NCBI GenBank assembly: GCA_036387335.1
Contig: DASVTZ010000177.1
Span: 2,413-66,412, forward strand
DNA: 64,000 nucleotides
Direction: 5' to 3'
Source: Longimicrobium sp.
GTDB lineage: Bacteria > Gemmatimonadota > Gemmatimonadetes > Longimicrobiales > Longimicrobiaceae
A program made the position numbers and the translations under genes. This document shows positions 1 through 9,154 of this stretch, one piece after another. Position 1 is the stretch's first letter. Each line of letters starts with the position of its first letter. The notes beneath the pieces were generated by a model. It made no database searches and was not told where the DNA came from. It saw only the letters and a list, made by a program, of their open reading frames with translations.

Positions 1-32
1 TGTCTGGCGGCCCCTGCGGGAGGGGCGCGGGA

Positions 33-326
33 TCACCCTTCTTCGCGCCCGACGCCGGCCAGGATGCCCACGGCCCGGAAGCACTTGTGGCAGTAGAGCG
101 CGGCGGCGTACTCGCCCTCCGGGTCCGTGACCGAGGCGAAGCCGTTGGGGTCGATCTGCGGTTCGATGAAGGCGAGGACCTCGATGTTCCCCGGGCCGCA
201 CATGGGGCAGGGGACGTTGGAGGGATCCTTTCGGTACGCCATCAGGAGCTCCAGCGCTTCGGCGTCCGTAAACGGGCCCTTGGGCTGCGGAAGCGCGTCG
301 GAAAGCTCACGGTCGATGCGGTTCAT
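33..326 (-). CDS. Small hypothetical protein with two CxxC pairs (putative Zn-binding)
   Basis: 97 aa ORF with host-like codons; CPMC and CHKC motifs; GGAG upstream of ATG. Confidence 0.7.
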   Translation of the reverse strand: MNRIDRELSDALPQPKGPFTDAEALELLMAYRKDPSNVPCPMCGPGNIEVLAFIEPQIDPNGFASVTDPEGEYAAALYCHKCFRAVGILAGVGREEG

Positions 327-512
327 GGGTCCCTCCTGGGTGTCTGCGGCGCGCCGGCCCTCCGTCGCCCCGCCTGCATGCTGACCTGTCCCCGTGGCTC
401 CTCAAATGCAACGCACGTGCCGAACCGCATAACAGACAAACGCTTACGAAAGTGCTCGCCAGCCCTGCCGCTCCGGCCCGGGGTGATTGGGCAAGGTCCG
501 GGCCGGAACTTT

Positions 513-530
513 GGGGAATGGGGAATGGGG
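513..530 (+). repeat. Short tandem heptamer (GGGGAAT)n, STRR-like
   Basis: ggggaatggggaatgggg; the complementary form ccccatt x3 occurs at 32476-32499. Confidence 0.6.
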
Positions 531-547
531 TCGGGGGGAGGGCCCCC

Positions 548-2860
548 TCACCTCAGCGTCCGCTCGAACAGCTCGTAGATGCGCCGGTACTCGTCCGCCC
601 ACGACTCGGGGCGGGTGAAGCCGTGGTCCTCCACCGGGTACACGGCCAGCTCCCAGTTCGTCTTCCCCAGCTCGATCAGGCGCTGGCTGAGGCGCACGAT
701 GTCCTGGAAGTGCACGTTGGTGTCCACCATGCCATGCGCCATCAGCAGGTCGCCGCGCAGGCCCTCGGCGAAGTAGATGGGCGACGAGCGGCGGTAGGCG
801 AGCGTGTCATCCTGCGGCTGGTTCAGGATGCGCGCCGTGTACGGATGGTTGTAGTGCGCCCAGTCCGTCACCGAGCGCAGCGCGGCGCCCGAGCGGAAGA
901 CGTCCGGCTCCGTGAACAGCCCCATCAGCGTGATGAAGCCGCCGTACGATCCGCCGTAGAGGCCCACGCGCTTCGCATCGACGCCCTCGTTGGCCACCAT
1001 CCAGCGCGCGGCGTCCACGTGGTCGGAGAGGTCCTTGCCGCCCATGTGGCGATAGATCCCCGTGCGCCACGCGCCGCCATACCCCGCCGAGCCGCGGTAG
1101 TCCACGTCCATCACCGTGTAGCCGCGCGACGCGAGCAGGTGGTTGAACATGTACTCGCGGTAATACGTGCTCCATCCGCGGTGCGCGTTCTGGAGGTACC
1201 CCGCGCCGTGCACGAAGAGGACGCCCGCCCCGTTGGGCGCGGCGCCCAGCTCGCGCGGACGGTAGATGCGCGCGTACACCGTGGCCCCGTCCTGCGCCTT
1301 GAAGGTCACCACCTGGGGCTTGATCCAGGGACCGCGCCGGAACTCCGCCGTGGTCGAGGTCGTCACGCGGCGGGGCGCGGCGCCGCGGCCCACGGGCATC
1401 AGGTACAGCTCGTTCGGCGCGTCGGCGGTGGAGTGGAGGAGGGCGGCCCAGCGGCCGTCCGGCGACACGCGTGCCTCGGTCCATCCCTCCAGCGACGTGA
1501 GGCGGGTGCGCGGGCCGCCGTCGATGCCCACTACGTACAGGCTCCGCTCGCCGGGGTGCGTCTCGCTGGTGGTGATGTGGAAGCGGCGCCCGTCCGCCGA
1601 GGGCTGCACATCCGTCACCTCCCAATCGCCCTGCGTCAGCGCGGTGATGGCGCCGCCGGTGGCGGGGGCGGTGTAGAGGTGCGAGTAGCCCGTCTTTTCC
1701 GAGACGAACCAGACGCGGTCGTCCCCCGTCCAGCCGCCGGAGAAGAAGGCGGGGCCGCCCACCCACGCGTCGTCGTGCAGGTGCTCGATGAGCGTGGTGC
1801 GCGCATCCGGCGTGGCCACGTAGATCCAGCGGTCCTTGAAGTTCTCGGGCACGGACATGAGCAGCGCCCGGTCCGCGCGCGGCGCCCACCCCAGCGTGGC
1901 GATGGAGGGGCGGCGCTCCTTCTCCGCCTCCACCCAGGACACCTTTCCCGTCGCCAGTTCCAGGATGCCGACCCGTCCGCCCGCCTGCACGTCGCCGACC
2001 TTGGTGCGGGAGGGGATGTCCTCGGTGAAGCCGCTTTCCGTGATGTAGTTCGGGACGATGGTGGTCTTCTGCGCATCGACCCGCGCGTTGGTGGTCAGCA
2101 GCAGGTAGCGGCCGGACGGCGACACCTCGGCGCCCTGCAGGGTGACGTCCTTGCCCAGGTACACGGGCGGCACGCGGACGCGCAGCGAGTCCTCGCGGGC
2201 GCGGTGCAGGCGCTCCTCGCGGCGGTCGCGCACAGCGTCCAGGAGCTCGCGCTGCTGGTTCTCGAGGAAGCGGCGCTGGCCCCGGGCCGTGTCGCGGGCG
2301 GGCGCGGCCTCCATGCGCAGGTCCGTGATCTGGCGCAGCGGACCACCCTCCACCTCCATGGCGAAGACGTTGTTGCCGGAGAGGAAGTAGACCGTGCGCC
2401 CGTCCGCCGAGAGATGTGGCGACCGCTCGCGCTGGGGCGTGTCGGTGATGCGATGCTCGCGGCCGGTGGCGTCCACCACGAAGACGTCGCCGCCGCGCTC
2501 CGACGCGCGGCGCGTGCGCTCCGGATTCCAGTCGCCCTGCTGCGCGGGCGCGATGCGGTACGCGAGGCTGTCCGGCACCATCTCCGGCGCGCCGCCCGCC
2601 GCGCGGACGCGGTAGACGTGCGTGGTGGTGTCGCGCGACTCCGGGTCGCGCCAGCGGAAGTAGACGGTGCGCGAGTCCTCCGACCACCTCACCTCGTCCG
2701 GCGAGCGGCCCACCAGCCCCTCGCCGCGCATGATGTTGCGCACGCTCAGGTCGAAGGCTGGGCGTGCGGGCGCGGTCGTCTGCGCGGCGGCGGGGGCGTA
2801 CACGGCCTGCACGGCCGCGACGAGGAGGGGCGCCGCGAGGGCGCGGATCGGGATGGTCAT
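548..2860 (-). CDS. Secreted S9 family peptidase (DPP IV / prolyl oligopeptidase-like)
   Basis: Signal peptide, beta-propeller repeats, GGSYGG nucleophile elbow, DTNV Asp and DHGF His of the catalytic triad. Confidence 0.92.
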   Translation of the reverse strand: MTIPIRALAAPLLVAAVQAVYAPAAAQTTAPARPAFDLSVRNIMRGEGLVGRSPDEVRWSEDSRTVYFRWRDPESRDTTTHVYRVRAAGGAPEMVPDSLAYRIAPAQQGDWNPERTRRASERGGDVFVVDATGREHRITDTPQRERSPHLSADGRTVYFLSGNNVFAMEVEGGPLRQITDLRMEAAPARDTARGQRRFLENQQRELLDAVRDRREERLHRAREDSLRVRVPPVYLGKDVTLQGAEVSPSGRYLLLTTNARVDAQKTTIVPNYITESGFTEDIPSRTKVGDVQAGGRVGILELATGKVSWVEAEKERRPSIATLGWAPRADRALLMSVPENFKDRWIYVATPDARTTLIEHLHDDAWVGGPAFFSGGWTGDDRVWFVSEKTGYSHLYTAPATGGAITALTQGDWEVTDVQPSADGRRFHITTSETHPGERSLYVVGIDGGPRTRLTSLEGWTEARVSPDGRWAALLHSTADAPNELYLMPVGRGAAPRRVTTSTTAEFRRGPWIKPQVVTFKAQDGATVYARIYRPRELGAAPNGAGVLFVHGAGYLQNAHRGWSTYYREYMFNHLLASRGYTVMDVDYRGSAGYGGAWRTGIYRHMGGKDLSDHVDAARWMVANEGVDAKRVGLYGGSYGGFITLMGLFTEPDVFRSGAALRSVTDWAHYNHPYTARILNQPQDDTLAYRRSSPIYFAEGLRGDLLMAHGMVDTNVHFQDIVRLSQRLIELGKTNWELAVYPVEDHGFTRPESWADEYRRIYELFERTLR

Positions 2861-5800
2861 GGCTGCAATCGTTGAAGTCGTCGGCGCGCCCGCTCCACTC
2901 GCGGGCGCAGCACGGGGTCACACTCCCGCCACAGCTCCACGAAGCGCCGGTAGTGCGCGGCGGCTTCGGCGGGGCGGCCCAGGCGGTCCAGGATCTCGGC
3001 GGTGCGCAGGTGCACCGGGGCCGCGTACACGATGCTCTTGTCGAAGTGCTCCGTCACCGCTCCGTACCACGCCAGCGCCTCGCGGTGCCGCCCCGCCATG
3101 CGCAGCAGCTCCGCGCGGAGGAAGCGCGGGTGCCCGGAATCCAGCAGGTAGGGAAAGACCTCGGGCTTGCGGTCGACCTCCTGCCAGGCGCTGTCGATCA
3201 CCGCCAGCCCGTCCGCCGGCCTGCCGCCCAGCCACGCCACGTGCGCACGCACTCCATCCGCCAGCAGCGGTCCACGGATGCGCATCCCGGCCGTAGGCGG
3301 ATCGAAGGCATCCAGGCGCCGCGCGTACTCCAGCGCCGCCGCCAGGTCGCCGCGCCGCGCCTCCAGCAGCCCCAGCGCGTGAAGCTGGAGCTCGGCGTGC
3401 GGCGTGGGCGCCCGCTGCGGCTCGGGTCCCGGCGGCGCATCCGCGATCCCCGCGCTCCGGGCGAGAAGCGCGGCCCTCACGCGCTCCACCTCCGTCCGCT
3501 CCACGGGCACGAAGGGGAGGACGGCGAAAAGGGTGCGCGCCTGCAACGCCATCGCGGGGTCCAGCTCGGCCGCGGAGTCGAGCTGGGCGCGGGCCGCCCT
3601 CCACCGGCCGCGGGCGACCTCGGTGTGCGCCAGGAGCACGCGGCCGCTGGCGCGGATGCGGGCCGGGCGCACGGGGTCGAGGAGCGTCTCCACCATCGGC
3701 CGGGCGCGGAGCGGGTCGCGGGTGTCCTCCACCATCCGCCACGCGATCACCCACGCCGCAAGGTCGCTCACGCGGCGCATCCCCGCCACTGCCGCGTCCA
3801 GCGCCGCGCGGTCGTCCAGCAGGATGCCGCGGTAGCCACGCCACACCAGCGCGCGGTCGCCCTCGGGATTCAGCGCCAGGGCGCGGGCCAGCAGGGTGTC
3901 CGCATCCTCCAGCCGGCGCTCCGCCATGGCGATGCGGGCCAGGTAGCCCATGGCGTCCACGTTGTCCGGCTCCAGCGCCAGGACGCGCTCCCACGCCGGG
4001 CGAGACTCGGCGGTGGAGTGGCCGCTCGGCGCGGCGCCGTGGAAGAGGACGTGGGCGAGCTGGCTCCATGCCTCCACGTCGTCCGGCCGTGCGGCGACAG
4101 CCTGGCGGTACATCCGCTCCGCGTCGGCGTAGCGGAACTCCCACGACGCGAGCCACGCCTGCAGGAGCAGCCTGTCGTACGGCTCCAGCCGTCCGGCGTA
4201 ACGCACCGCCTGCCGCGCGGCCTCTCCGGTGCGCTCCCCGGAGCCCGCGACGGCCACCGAGAGGCGGTACCAGGCGAGGGCGAATGTGGTGTCCTCCTCC
4301 ACCGCGCGCTGCAGGGCCGCCTTGGCCGCATCGTAGTTGCCGGCGCGCATCTCGCTTTCGCCCTGCAGATACGCCTTGAGCGCGGGGACGGAGGGCGTGG
4401 TGAGCACCGCCGTCCGCTGGAGCCGCGCGTGCGGCCCGGTGAGGCGCCCGGCCAGCAGCTGCGCGACCAGCCGGTCCACCAAGCGGGGCAGCGAGTCGCG
4501 CGCCCCCTCCACCACCGCGTCCGATTGCGGCGACGGTCCATCCGGGGTCCGCCGATAAAGGGCGGCGCGGAGCTGAAGCTGCGGCCCCGCCTCCACCACG
4601 CTCCCCATCACGAACAGCTTCGCGCCCATCCTGGCCGCCGCGTCTCCGCCCGCGCCCGGACCGGCGGCCGAGCCCAGCGACGCGAGGAGCGCGCGCGCAT
4701 CCACGCTCCGCAGGTCGCCCGCGCCGTCCAGCTTGGTGGAGAGGAGGTCCACCATCCCCTCCCTCAGATACGCCATCTCCCCCCGCCCGTACACCGCGAA
4801 CGGGAGGACCGCCACCAGCTCCTCGGGCGCCGCACCGGCCGCGGTCCGCCCCGCCGGTTCGCGTAAGCGCCAGATGCCGGCCCCTACCGCCGCGCACAAG
4901 ACGACCGCCGCCAGCGCCGCGATCCATCGCCGCCCGATTCGCGGACGCACCGCAATGTCGCTCGCGACCGGCGCTGGCGCTACATCCGCGATGGGCGCGA
5001 GCTCAGGCGTCGGAGCAGGCGCTGGCACGGCCTCCGGTACGGCGGGTGGCGCGGGCTCCACGGCGGAGACGCGCGCCGGCTCTGCACCCCGCGGGGGGTC
5101 GGCACGAGATTCGGGAACGGGCGCGGGCGGCTCGGGATCGGCGGCGCCGCGGCGGATCTCGTCGGCCAGGGCGCGCGTCTGGCGCGACGGCTCGGCTACG
5201 TAGTCCGCGCGGAGGCGCTTCGAGAACTCCTCGTAGGCGTAGATGGCCCCCGCGCGGTCGCCGTGCGCGGCCAGGCGCTGCATCAGGCGGCGCAGCGTGC
5301 CCTCGTCTTCCGGGTCCAGCGCGGCCGCACGGCGCGACCAACGGGCCACCGCGGGGACATCCCCCTCCTCCTCCGCGCGCGCGGCCAGCGACTCGGCGGC
5401 CTCCACCGCACGGCGCCGCAGCCGCTCGCGCTCCCCGCTCAACCAGCGCTCCCAGTCCGCCATCCCAGCCAGGTTGAAGCCGGCGAGCAGAGGTCCCCGG
5501 TACAGCTCCAGCGCCTCGGCGGCGCGGCCGGCGTCCAGCGCCTCCTCGAAGGCGAGCGCGTCGCACCACACCGCCCCCGGCGCGATGCCGACCTCCTCGG
5601 TCCCGCGCCCCGCGATCACCCCAGCTCCCAGCGCGCGGCGCAGGAAGTGGAGGCCGGTCCTCAGCGAGCTTCGCGCCCGCTCCGCGTCCGACTCGGGCCA
5701 GAAGAGGGTGAAGAGGGTGTCGCGGCGGTGGAAGGCGCCTCGCCCGGCGACCACCAGGTAGACGAGCAGGGCGAACCGTTTGGGCTGTGCCAGCACCTGC

Positions 5801-5862
5801 CGAAGCTCGCCGTCCTCCGCCGAACGGAGGTCGATGGAGCCGAGGGTGCGAATTCGGATCAT
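2857..5862 (-). CDS. SARP/BTAD-family transcriptional regulator with TM helix, TolB-like and TPR region
   Basis: N-terminal IRTLGSIDL..QPKRFALLVYL..RRDTLFTLFWPE winged HTH plus BTAD (ALELYRGPLL); hydrophobic segment WIAALAAVVLCAAVGAGIW; VAVLPF TolB-like motif; TPR-like helices. Confidence 0.85.
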   Translation of the reverse strand: MIRIRTLGSIDLRSAEDGELRQVLAQPKRFALLVYLVVAGRGAFHRRDTLFTLFWPESDAERARSSLRTGLHFLRRALGAGVIAGRGTEEVGIAPGAVWCDALAFEEALDAGRAAEALELYRGPLLAGFNLAGMADWERWLSGERERLRRRAVEAAESLAARAEEEGDVPAVARWSRRAAALDPEDEGTLRRLMQRLAAHGDRAGAIYAYEEFSKRLRADYVAEPSRQTRALADEIRRGAADPEPPAPVPESRADPPRGAEPARVSAVEPAPPAVPEAVPAPAPTPELAPIADVAPAPVASDIAVRPRIGRRWIAALAAVVLCAAVGAGIWRLREPAGRTAAGAAPEELVAVLPFAVYGRGEMAYLREGMVDLLSTKLDGAGDLRSVDARALLASLGSAAGPGAGGDAAARMGAKLFVMGSVVEAGPQLQLRAALYRRTPDGPSPQSDAVVEGARDSLPRLVDRLVAQLLAGRLTGPHARLQRTAVLTTPSVPALKAYLQGESEMRAGNYDAAKAALQRAVEEDTTFALAWYRLSVAVAGSGERTGEAARQAVRYAGRLEPYDRLLLQAWLASWEFRYADAERMYRQAVAARPDDVEAWSQLAHVLFHGAAPSGHSTAESRPAWERVLALEPDNVDAMGYLARIAMAERRLEDADTLLARALALNPEGDRALVWRGYRGILLDDRAALDAAVAGMRRVSDLAAWVIAWRMVEDTRDPLRARPMVETLLDPVRPARIRASGRVLLAHTEVARGRWRAARAQLDSAAELDPAMALQARTLFAVLPFVPVERTEVERVRAALLARSAGIADAPPGPEPQRAPTPHAELQLHALGLLEARRGDLAAALEYARRLDAFDPPTAGMRIRGPLLADGVRAHVAWLGGRPADGLAVIDSAWQEVDRKPEVFPYLLDSGHPRFLRAELLRMAGRHREALAWYGAVTEHFDKSIVYAAPVHLRTAEILDRLGRPAEAAAHYRRFVELWRECDPVLRPRVERARRRLQRLQP

Positions 5863-6013
5863 GCCGTCGGATGGGGAGGAACCGAACGATTCCGGCGAAT
5901 CACGCCCAGATCACGCAGCGGTGACGGCGGGAATGTATAGTGTTGCGCAGCTTCACGTCAGATCCCCGCTTTCCACTCGTCTGCATCCGTGCCGCGCTCG
6001 CTGAACAGCATGT

Positions 6014-6040
6014 CTCACGCGGAGGCGCGGAGACGCAGAG
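6014..6040 (+). repeat. CTCACGCGGAG-family intergenic repeat (half copy)
   Basis: ctcacgcggaggcgcggagacgcagag; related copies at 13630, 45510, 50828, 52730. Confidence 0.75.
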
Positions 6041-6065
6041 AGAGGTCGCGGGCGGGCTGGTGCAG

Positions 6066-6086
6066 TATCGCCCGCGATATTAAAAT
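6066..6086 (+). promoter_or_regulatory. Putative operator palindrome and -10 box of the PIN TA operon
   Basis: TATCGC-cc-GCGATA (6066-6079) followed by TAAAAT (6081-6086), 6 nt before the ATG. Confidence 0.5.
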
Positions 6087-6092
6087 GGTGCG

Positions 6093-6518
6093 ATGCGGAT
6101 CGTTCTCGACACCTCAGTCTTCGTGGCGGCGCTCCGGAGCAACAGTGGAGCCTCGAACCGTCTGGTACAGGAGGCGCTGCACGGGAGATACACGCTCCTG
6201 GTTTCAGTGCCGCTCCTGCTCGAGTACGAGGCGGTACTGAGCCGGGAAGAACACCTTGCCGCCTCCGGTGTTACACCTGATGATGTAGGTGTCCTCTTGG
6301 ACGCGATCGCTTCGGTCGCGGAGCAGGTTCGGCTCTCTTTTCTCTGGAGGCCGACCCTTCGCGACGAGGACGATGAGGTCGTGCTGGAGACGGCGATCAA
6401 CGGCCGCGCGGATCGGCTCGTGACCTTCAACGTGAAGGATTTCGACGCCGCGCCTCGATTCGGTGTGGCCGTAGTCACCCCTGGTGAGGCATTGCGCTCA
6501 ATCGAGAGGAAACAATGA
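6093..6518 (+). CDS. PIN-domain (VapC-like) toxin of a type II TA system
   Basis: IVLDTSVFVAAL, LLEYEAVL, LRDEDDEVVLETA, LVTFNVKDF acidic PIN motifs. Confidence 0.9.
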   Translation: MRIVLDTSVFVAALRSNSGASNRLVQEALHGRYTLLVSVPLLLEYEAVLSREEHLAASGVTPDDVGVLLDAIASVAEQVRLSFLWRPTLRDEDDEVVLETAINGRADRLVTFNVKDFDAAPRFGVAVVTPGEALRSIERKQ

Positions 6519-6766
6519 GACGGAGCAATTTTGCGCTGAGGCTGCAGCCCTCGCTGCTGGAGGAAGCGCGCCGTTTAGCGAAAGAGGAGGGGGTGGCGCT
6601 CAACCAGTTGATCAACGTTGCGGTGGCGGAAAAGCTCTCCGCTCTGCGCACGGAGAGCTACTTCCGCGAGCGAGCCGAGCGCGCCAACCTACCCGCGGCG
6701 CTGGAGGTGCTCCGGCGCGCGGGAGCGGACCGCGAGCCTTTGGCTGGCGACGAACTCCCCGAATAG
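6515..6766 (+). CDS. RHH/HicB-like antitoxin
   Basis: FALRLQPSLLEEARRLAKEEGVALNQLINVAVAEKL ribbon-helix-helix; ATGA overlap with the PIN gene; RBS GAGAGG. Confidence 0.85.
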   Translation: MRRSNFALRLQPSLLEEARRLAKEEGVALNQLINVAVAEKLSALRTESYFRERAERANLPAALEVLRRAGADREPLAGDELPE

Positions 6767-6825
6767 CATGCAAGTGGCCCCGGTCCTACCTGGACCGGGG
6801 CCGCTCTACTGTCTCTAAACCAGCG

Positions 6826-7614
6826 CTACGGCGCTGACGGTGAGGCGGTGGTGGAGACGTTCTCGTCGATGGTCAGGGTGACGCCGGCCCAGGTGCGGGG
6901 GGCGGGGAGGCCCTGCCAGACGGTTGCGAAGTCGACGCCGCTCTCGCGCGGGGTGCGCTCGAGGGAGAAGTTCGGGCCGCCCGCGACCCAGAAGGGGACG
7001 GGCGCGCCCGCCGCTCCTTCGACGACCGGGCGGAGTACGGCGGCGTTTTCGCGGTGCGCGTAGAGGGCCGGGCGGAAGCGGCCATCGCGGCGCATCGCTT
7101 CGGTCCACGCGCCGACGTAGGCGGAGAGCTCGGGGCTGAGCGTCGTGAAGCGCTCCACATCCAGGAACACGGCCGTTCCGCCAGGGAACCCCTCGAACGC
7201 GGTGCGGGCGATGGCATCGGCCGCGTCCGCGCGGCCACGGTCGGCGGTGAGGAGGGCGCGCGAGCAGACCAGGGGAGTGCCGGGCAGGACGACGGCGGTG
7301 TCGCTCTCGAACTGCTGCTGGCCCACGTAGATCACCGCGAAGCCGTAGCCCATCGCCTGGATGGCCGCGCGCTTGCCGCTCCAAGACGCGTCGCGGTGGC
7401 AGGGCGCGGGGAGGTAGTAGCCCACCCACTCGTACGGCGCGACGCCCCGCCAGGCCCGCAGCGCGTCGTCGCCGGGGTAGCGGCCGAGGTCGAAGCCGGG
7501 GTGGTTGGGCGACGCGGCGCGCGGAGCCGCGGGTGCCGGGCCCGCGCCGGTTGCGGGCGCGGAGGCGCAGGCGCCCGCGAGGATCAGCAGGACGGGAGCA
7601 AGGTAGTTTCGCAT
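6826..7614 (-). CDS. Lipoprotein with DUF1906 / GH25-like glycoside hydrolase domain
   Basis: Start reassigned to MRNYLAPV (7614); lipobox LAGAC; GFDLGRYPG, WVGYYL, VFLDVE, VTLTIDENV motifs. Confidence 0.78.
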   Translation of the reverse strand: MRNYLAPVLLILAGACASAPATGAGPAPAAPRAASPNHPGFDLGRYPGDDALRAWRGVAPYEWVGYYLPAPCHRDASWSGKRAAIQAMGYGFAVIYVGQQQFESDTAVVLPGTPLVCSRALLTADRGRADAADAIARTAFEGFPGGTAVFLDVERFTTLSPELSAYVGAWTEAMRRDGRFRPALYAHRENAAVLRPVVEGAAGAPVPFWVAGGPNFSLERTPRESGVDFATVWQGLPAPRTWAGVTLTIDENVSTTASPSAP

Positions 7615-7655
7615 GCGCGGCCGGTGGCGCAAAAACGGCGCCCGCACGCTCGTCC

Positions 7656-8738
7656 TCAGACCCAGTGCTTGCGGCGGAAGTAGAGAAAGATCGCCGTCCC
7701 GATCGCCGCCATCAGGGCCAGCGCCCACCAGTAGCCGTAGCCCCACCGGAGCTCCGGCATCACGCGGAAGTTCATCCCGTAGACCCCCGCCACCCACGCC
7801 ATCGCCATCAGGATGATGGACCACGCGGCCATCAGCCGCATCGTCTCGTTGAGCTGGTTGGAGGAGACGGTCATCTGCGCCTCGATCGCCATCCCCAGGC
7901 GGTCGCGGAGCGCCTCGGTCTCTTCCACCACGCGGATCGAGTGGTCGTACACGTCCTGGAAGTACAGCATCAGGTCGGGGGAGAGGAAGGGAAGCTCGCG
8001 CCTCACCAGCGTCCCCAGCACCTCGCGCCCGGGGCCGAGCACGCGGCGCAGGGTCGTGAGCTCGCGGCGCATCCCAAGCACCTCTTCGAGAGAGGCGATC
8101 TTCCCGGCGGTCGCGTTCGTGTAGATGCGGCTCTCCATCTCGTCCACGCGGTCCGCGAAGTGGTCGAGCACGGGAAAGTAGCCGTCGACGATGGTGTCCA
8201 CGATGGCGTGCGCCAGCGCCCCCACGTTGCGGAAGCCGGCCTCGTTGGCGCGCCAGCGCACCAGCACCTCGCTGAGCGGCGAGATGTCGTGGTCGTGCAC
8301 CGTCACGATGAAGCGGCGCCCGATGAAGACGTGCACCTCGTGCAGCGCCATTCGCCCCCGCCCCGCGTTGATGGCGGCCGCGTAGAATACCAGGAAGAAG
8401 TAGCCGGGATAGCGGTCCAGCTTGGGGCGCTGGCGGCCGCGGACGGTATCCTCAACCGCCAGCGGGTGGAAGTGCAGCGTCTCGCGGAGGAAGCGGGCCT
8501 CCTCGTCGCCCGGAGCGGCCACGTCGATCCACACCAGCGGCGTGGTCTCGTCGGTGGGCGACGCGGCGGCCTGGCAGCGCGCGTAGAGCTCGACGCCGCG
8601 ATCCATTTTGACCGCGTGCACCCCCTCACCTTCATCCGCGTAGATCATGATGCGGGAGCGGGCGCGGACCTCCTCCACGTCCATCCCGTACAGGTCCAGC
8701 CCGGACTCGCCGGACTCAGCGGGCGCGTCGGCGCTCAT
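7656..8738 (-). CDS. corA: CorA family Mg2+/Co2+ transporter
   Basis: HPLAVED, RPKLDRY, YFQDVYDH and the GVYGMNF signature before two TM helices. Confidence 0.93.
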   Translation of the reverse strand: MSADAPAESGESGLDLYGMDVEEVRARSRIMIYADEGEGVHAVKMDRGVELYARCQAAASPTDETTPLVWIDVAAPGDEEARFLRETLHFHPLAVEDTVRGRQRPKLDRYPGYFFLVFYAAAINAGRGRMALHEVHVFIGRRFIVTVHDHDISPLSEVLVRWRANEAGFRNVGALAHAIVDTIVDGYFPVLDHFADRVDEMESRIYTNATAGKIASLEEVLGMRRELTTLRRVLGPGREVLGTLVRRELPFLSPDLMLYFQDVYDHSIRVVEETEALRDRLGMAIEAQMTVSSNQLNETMRLMAAWSIILMAMAWVAGVYGMNFRVMPELRWGYGYWWALALMAAIGTAIFLYFRRKHWV

Positions 8739-9081
8739 AGGCGGGGATGGTGTTGGTGAAGAAGGCGGTGACCACCTCCAGCGCCCCTGCGACCACGTGG
8801 GGGATCCACACCTTTTCGTCGAAGCCCAGCACCCACGGCGACGCGATCAGCACGACCCCCGCGATCCCGTCCAGCAGCAGGTGCATGGGCACCTGGATGC
8901 GCTTCACCACGCCCAGCTCGTAGTCGGTGAAGAGGGAGTACAGGATGGCGCCGGCACCCACGCCGACCGGCACCCACTGCTCTGGCCCGCCCGTGGCGAA
9001 GCCCAGCAGCCAGGGCGCCGCGATGAGTAGTGCGCCCATCAGGTAGTCCAGCACCCCGTGTACGCGGGTGGGGATGCGCAT
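8716..9081 (-). CDS. SPW-repeat small membrane protein
   Basis: HGVLDY..LIAAPWLLGF..SLFTDYELG..HLLLD..IASPWVLGF. Confidence 0.8.
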   Translation of the reverse strand: MRIPTRVHGVLDYLMGALLIAAPWLLGFATGGPEQWVPVGVGAGAILYSLFTDYELGVVKRIQVPMHLLLDGIAGVVLIASPWVLGFDEKVWIPHVVAGALEVVTAFFTNTIPAYERRRAR

Positions 9082-9154
9082 GGCACGGCCTCCGGCGGTG
9101 GTTTCGTTGGATGATGCCCGTCACTGCCTTCGCGCGGTGTGCAAGCGGCGCGCC

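Noticed and set aside
452-2875. Long antisense or alternate-frame ORFs (also 21425-24664, 29884-33084, 33920-36376 and many others)
   Set aside because: Shadows of real genes in high-GC DNA, where stop codons are rare; Arg/Gly/Ala/Pro-rich with no motifs
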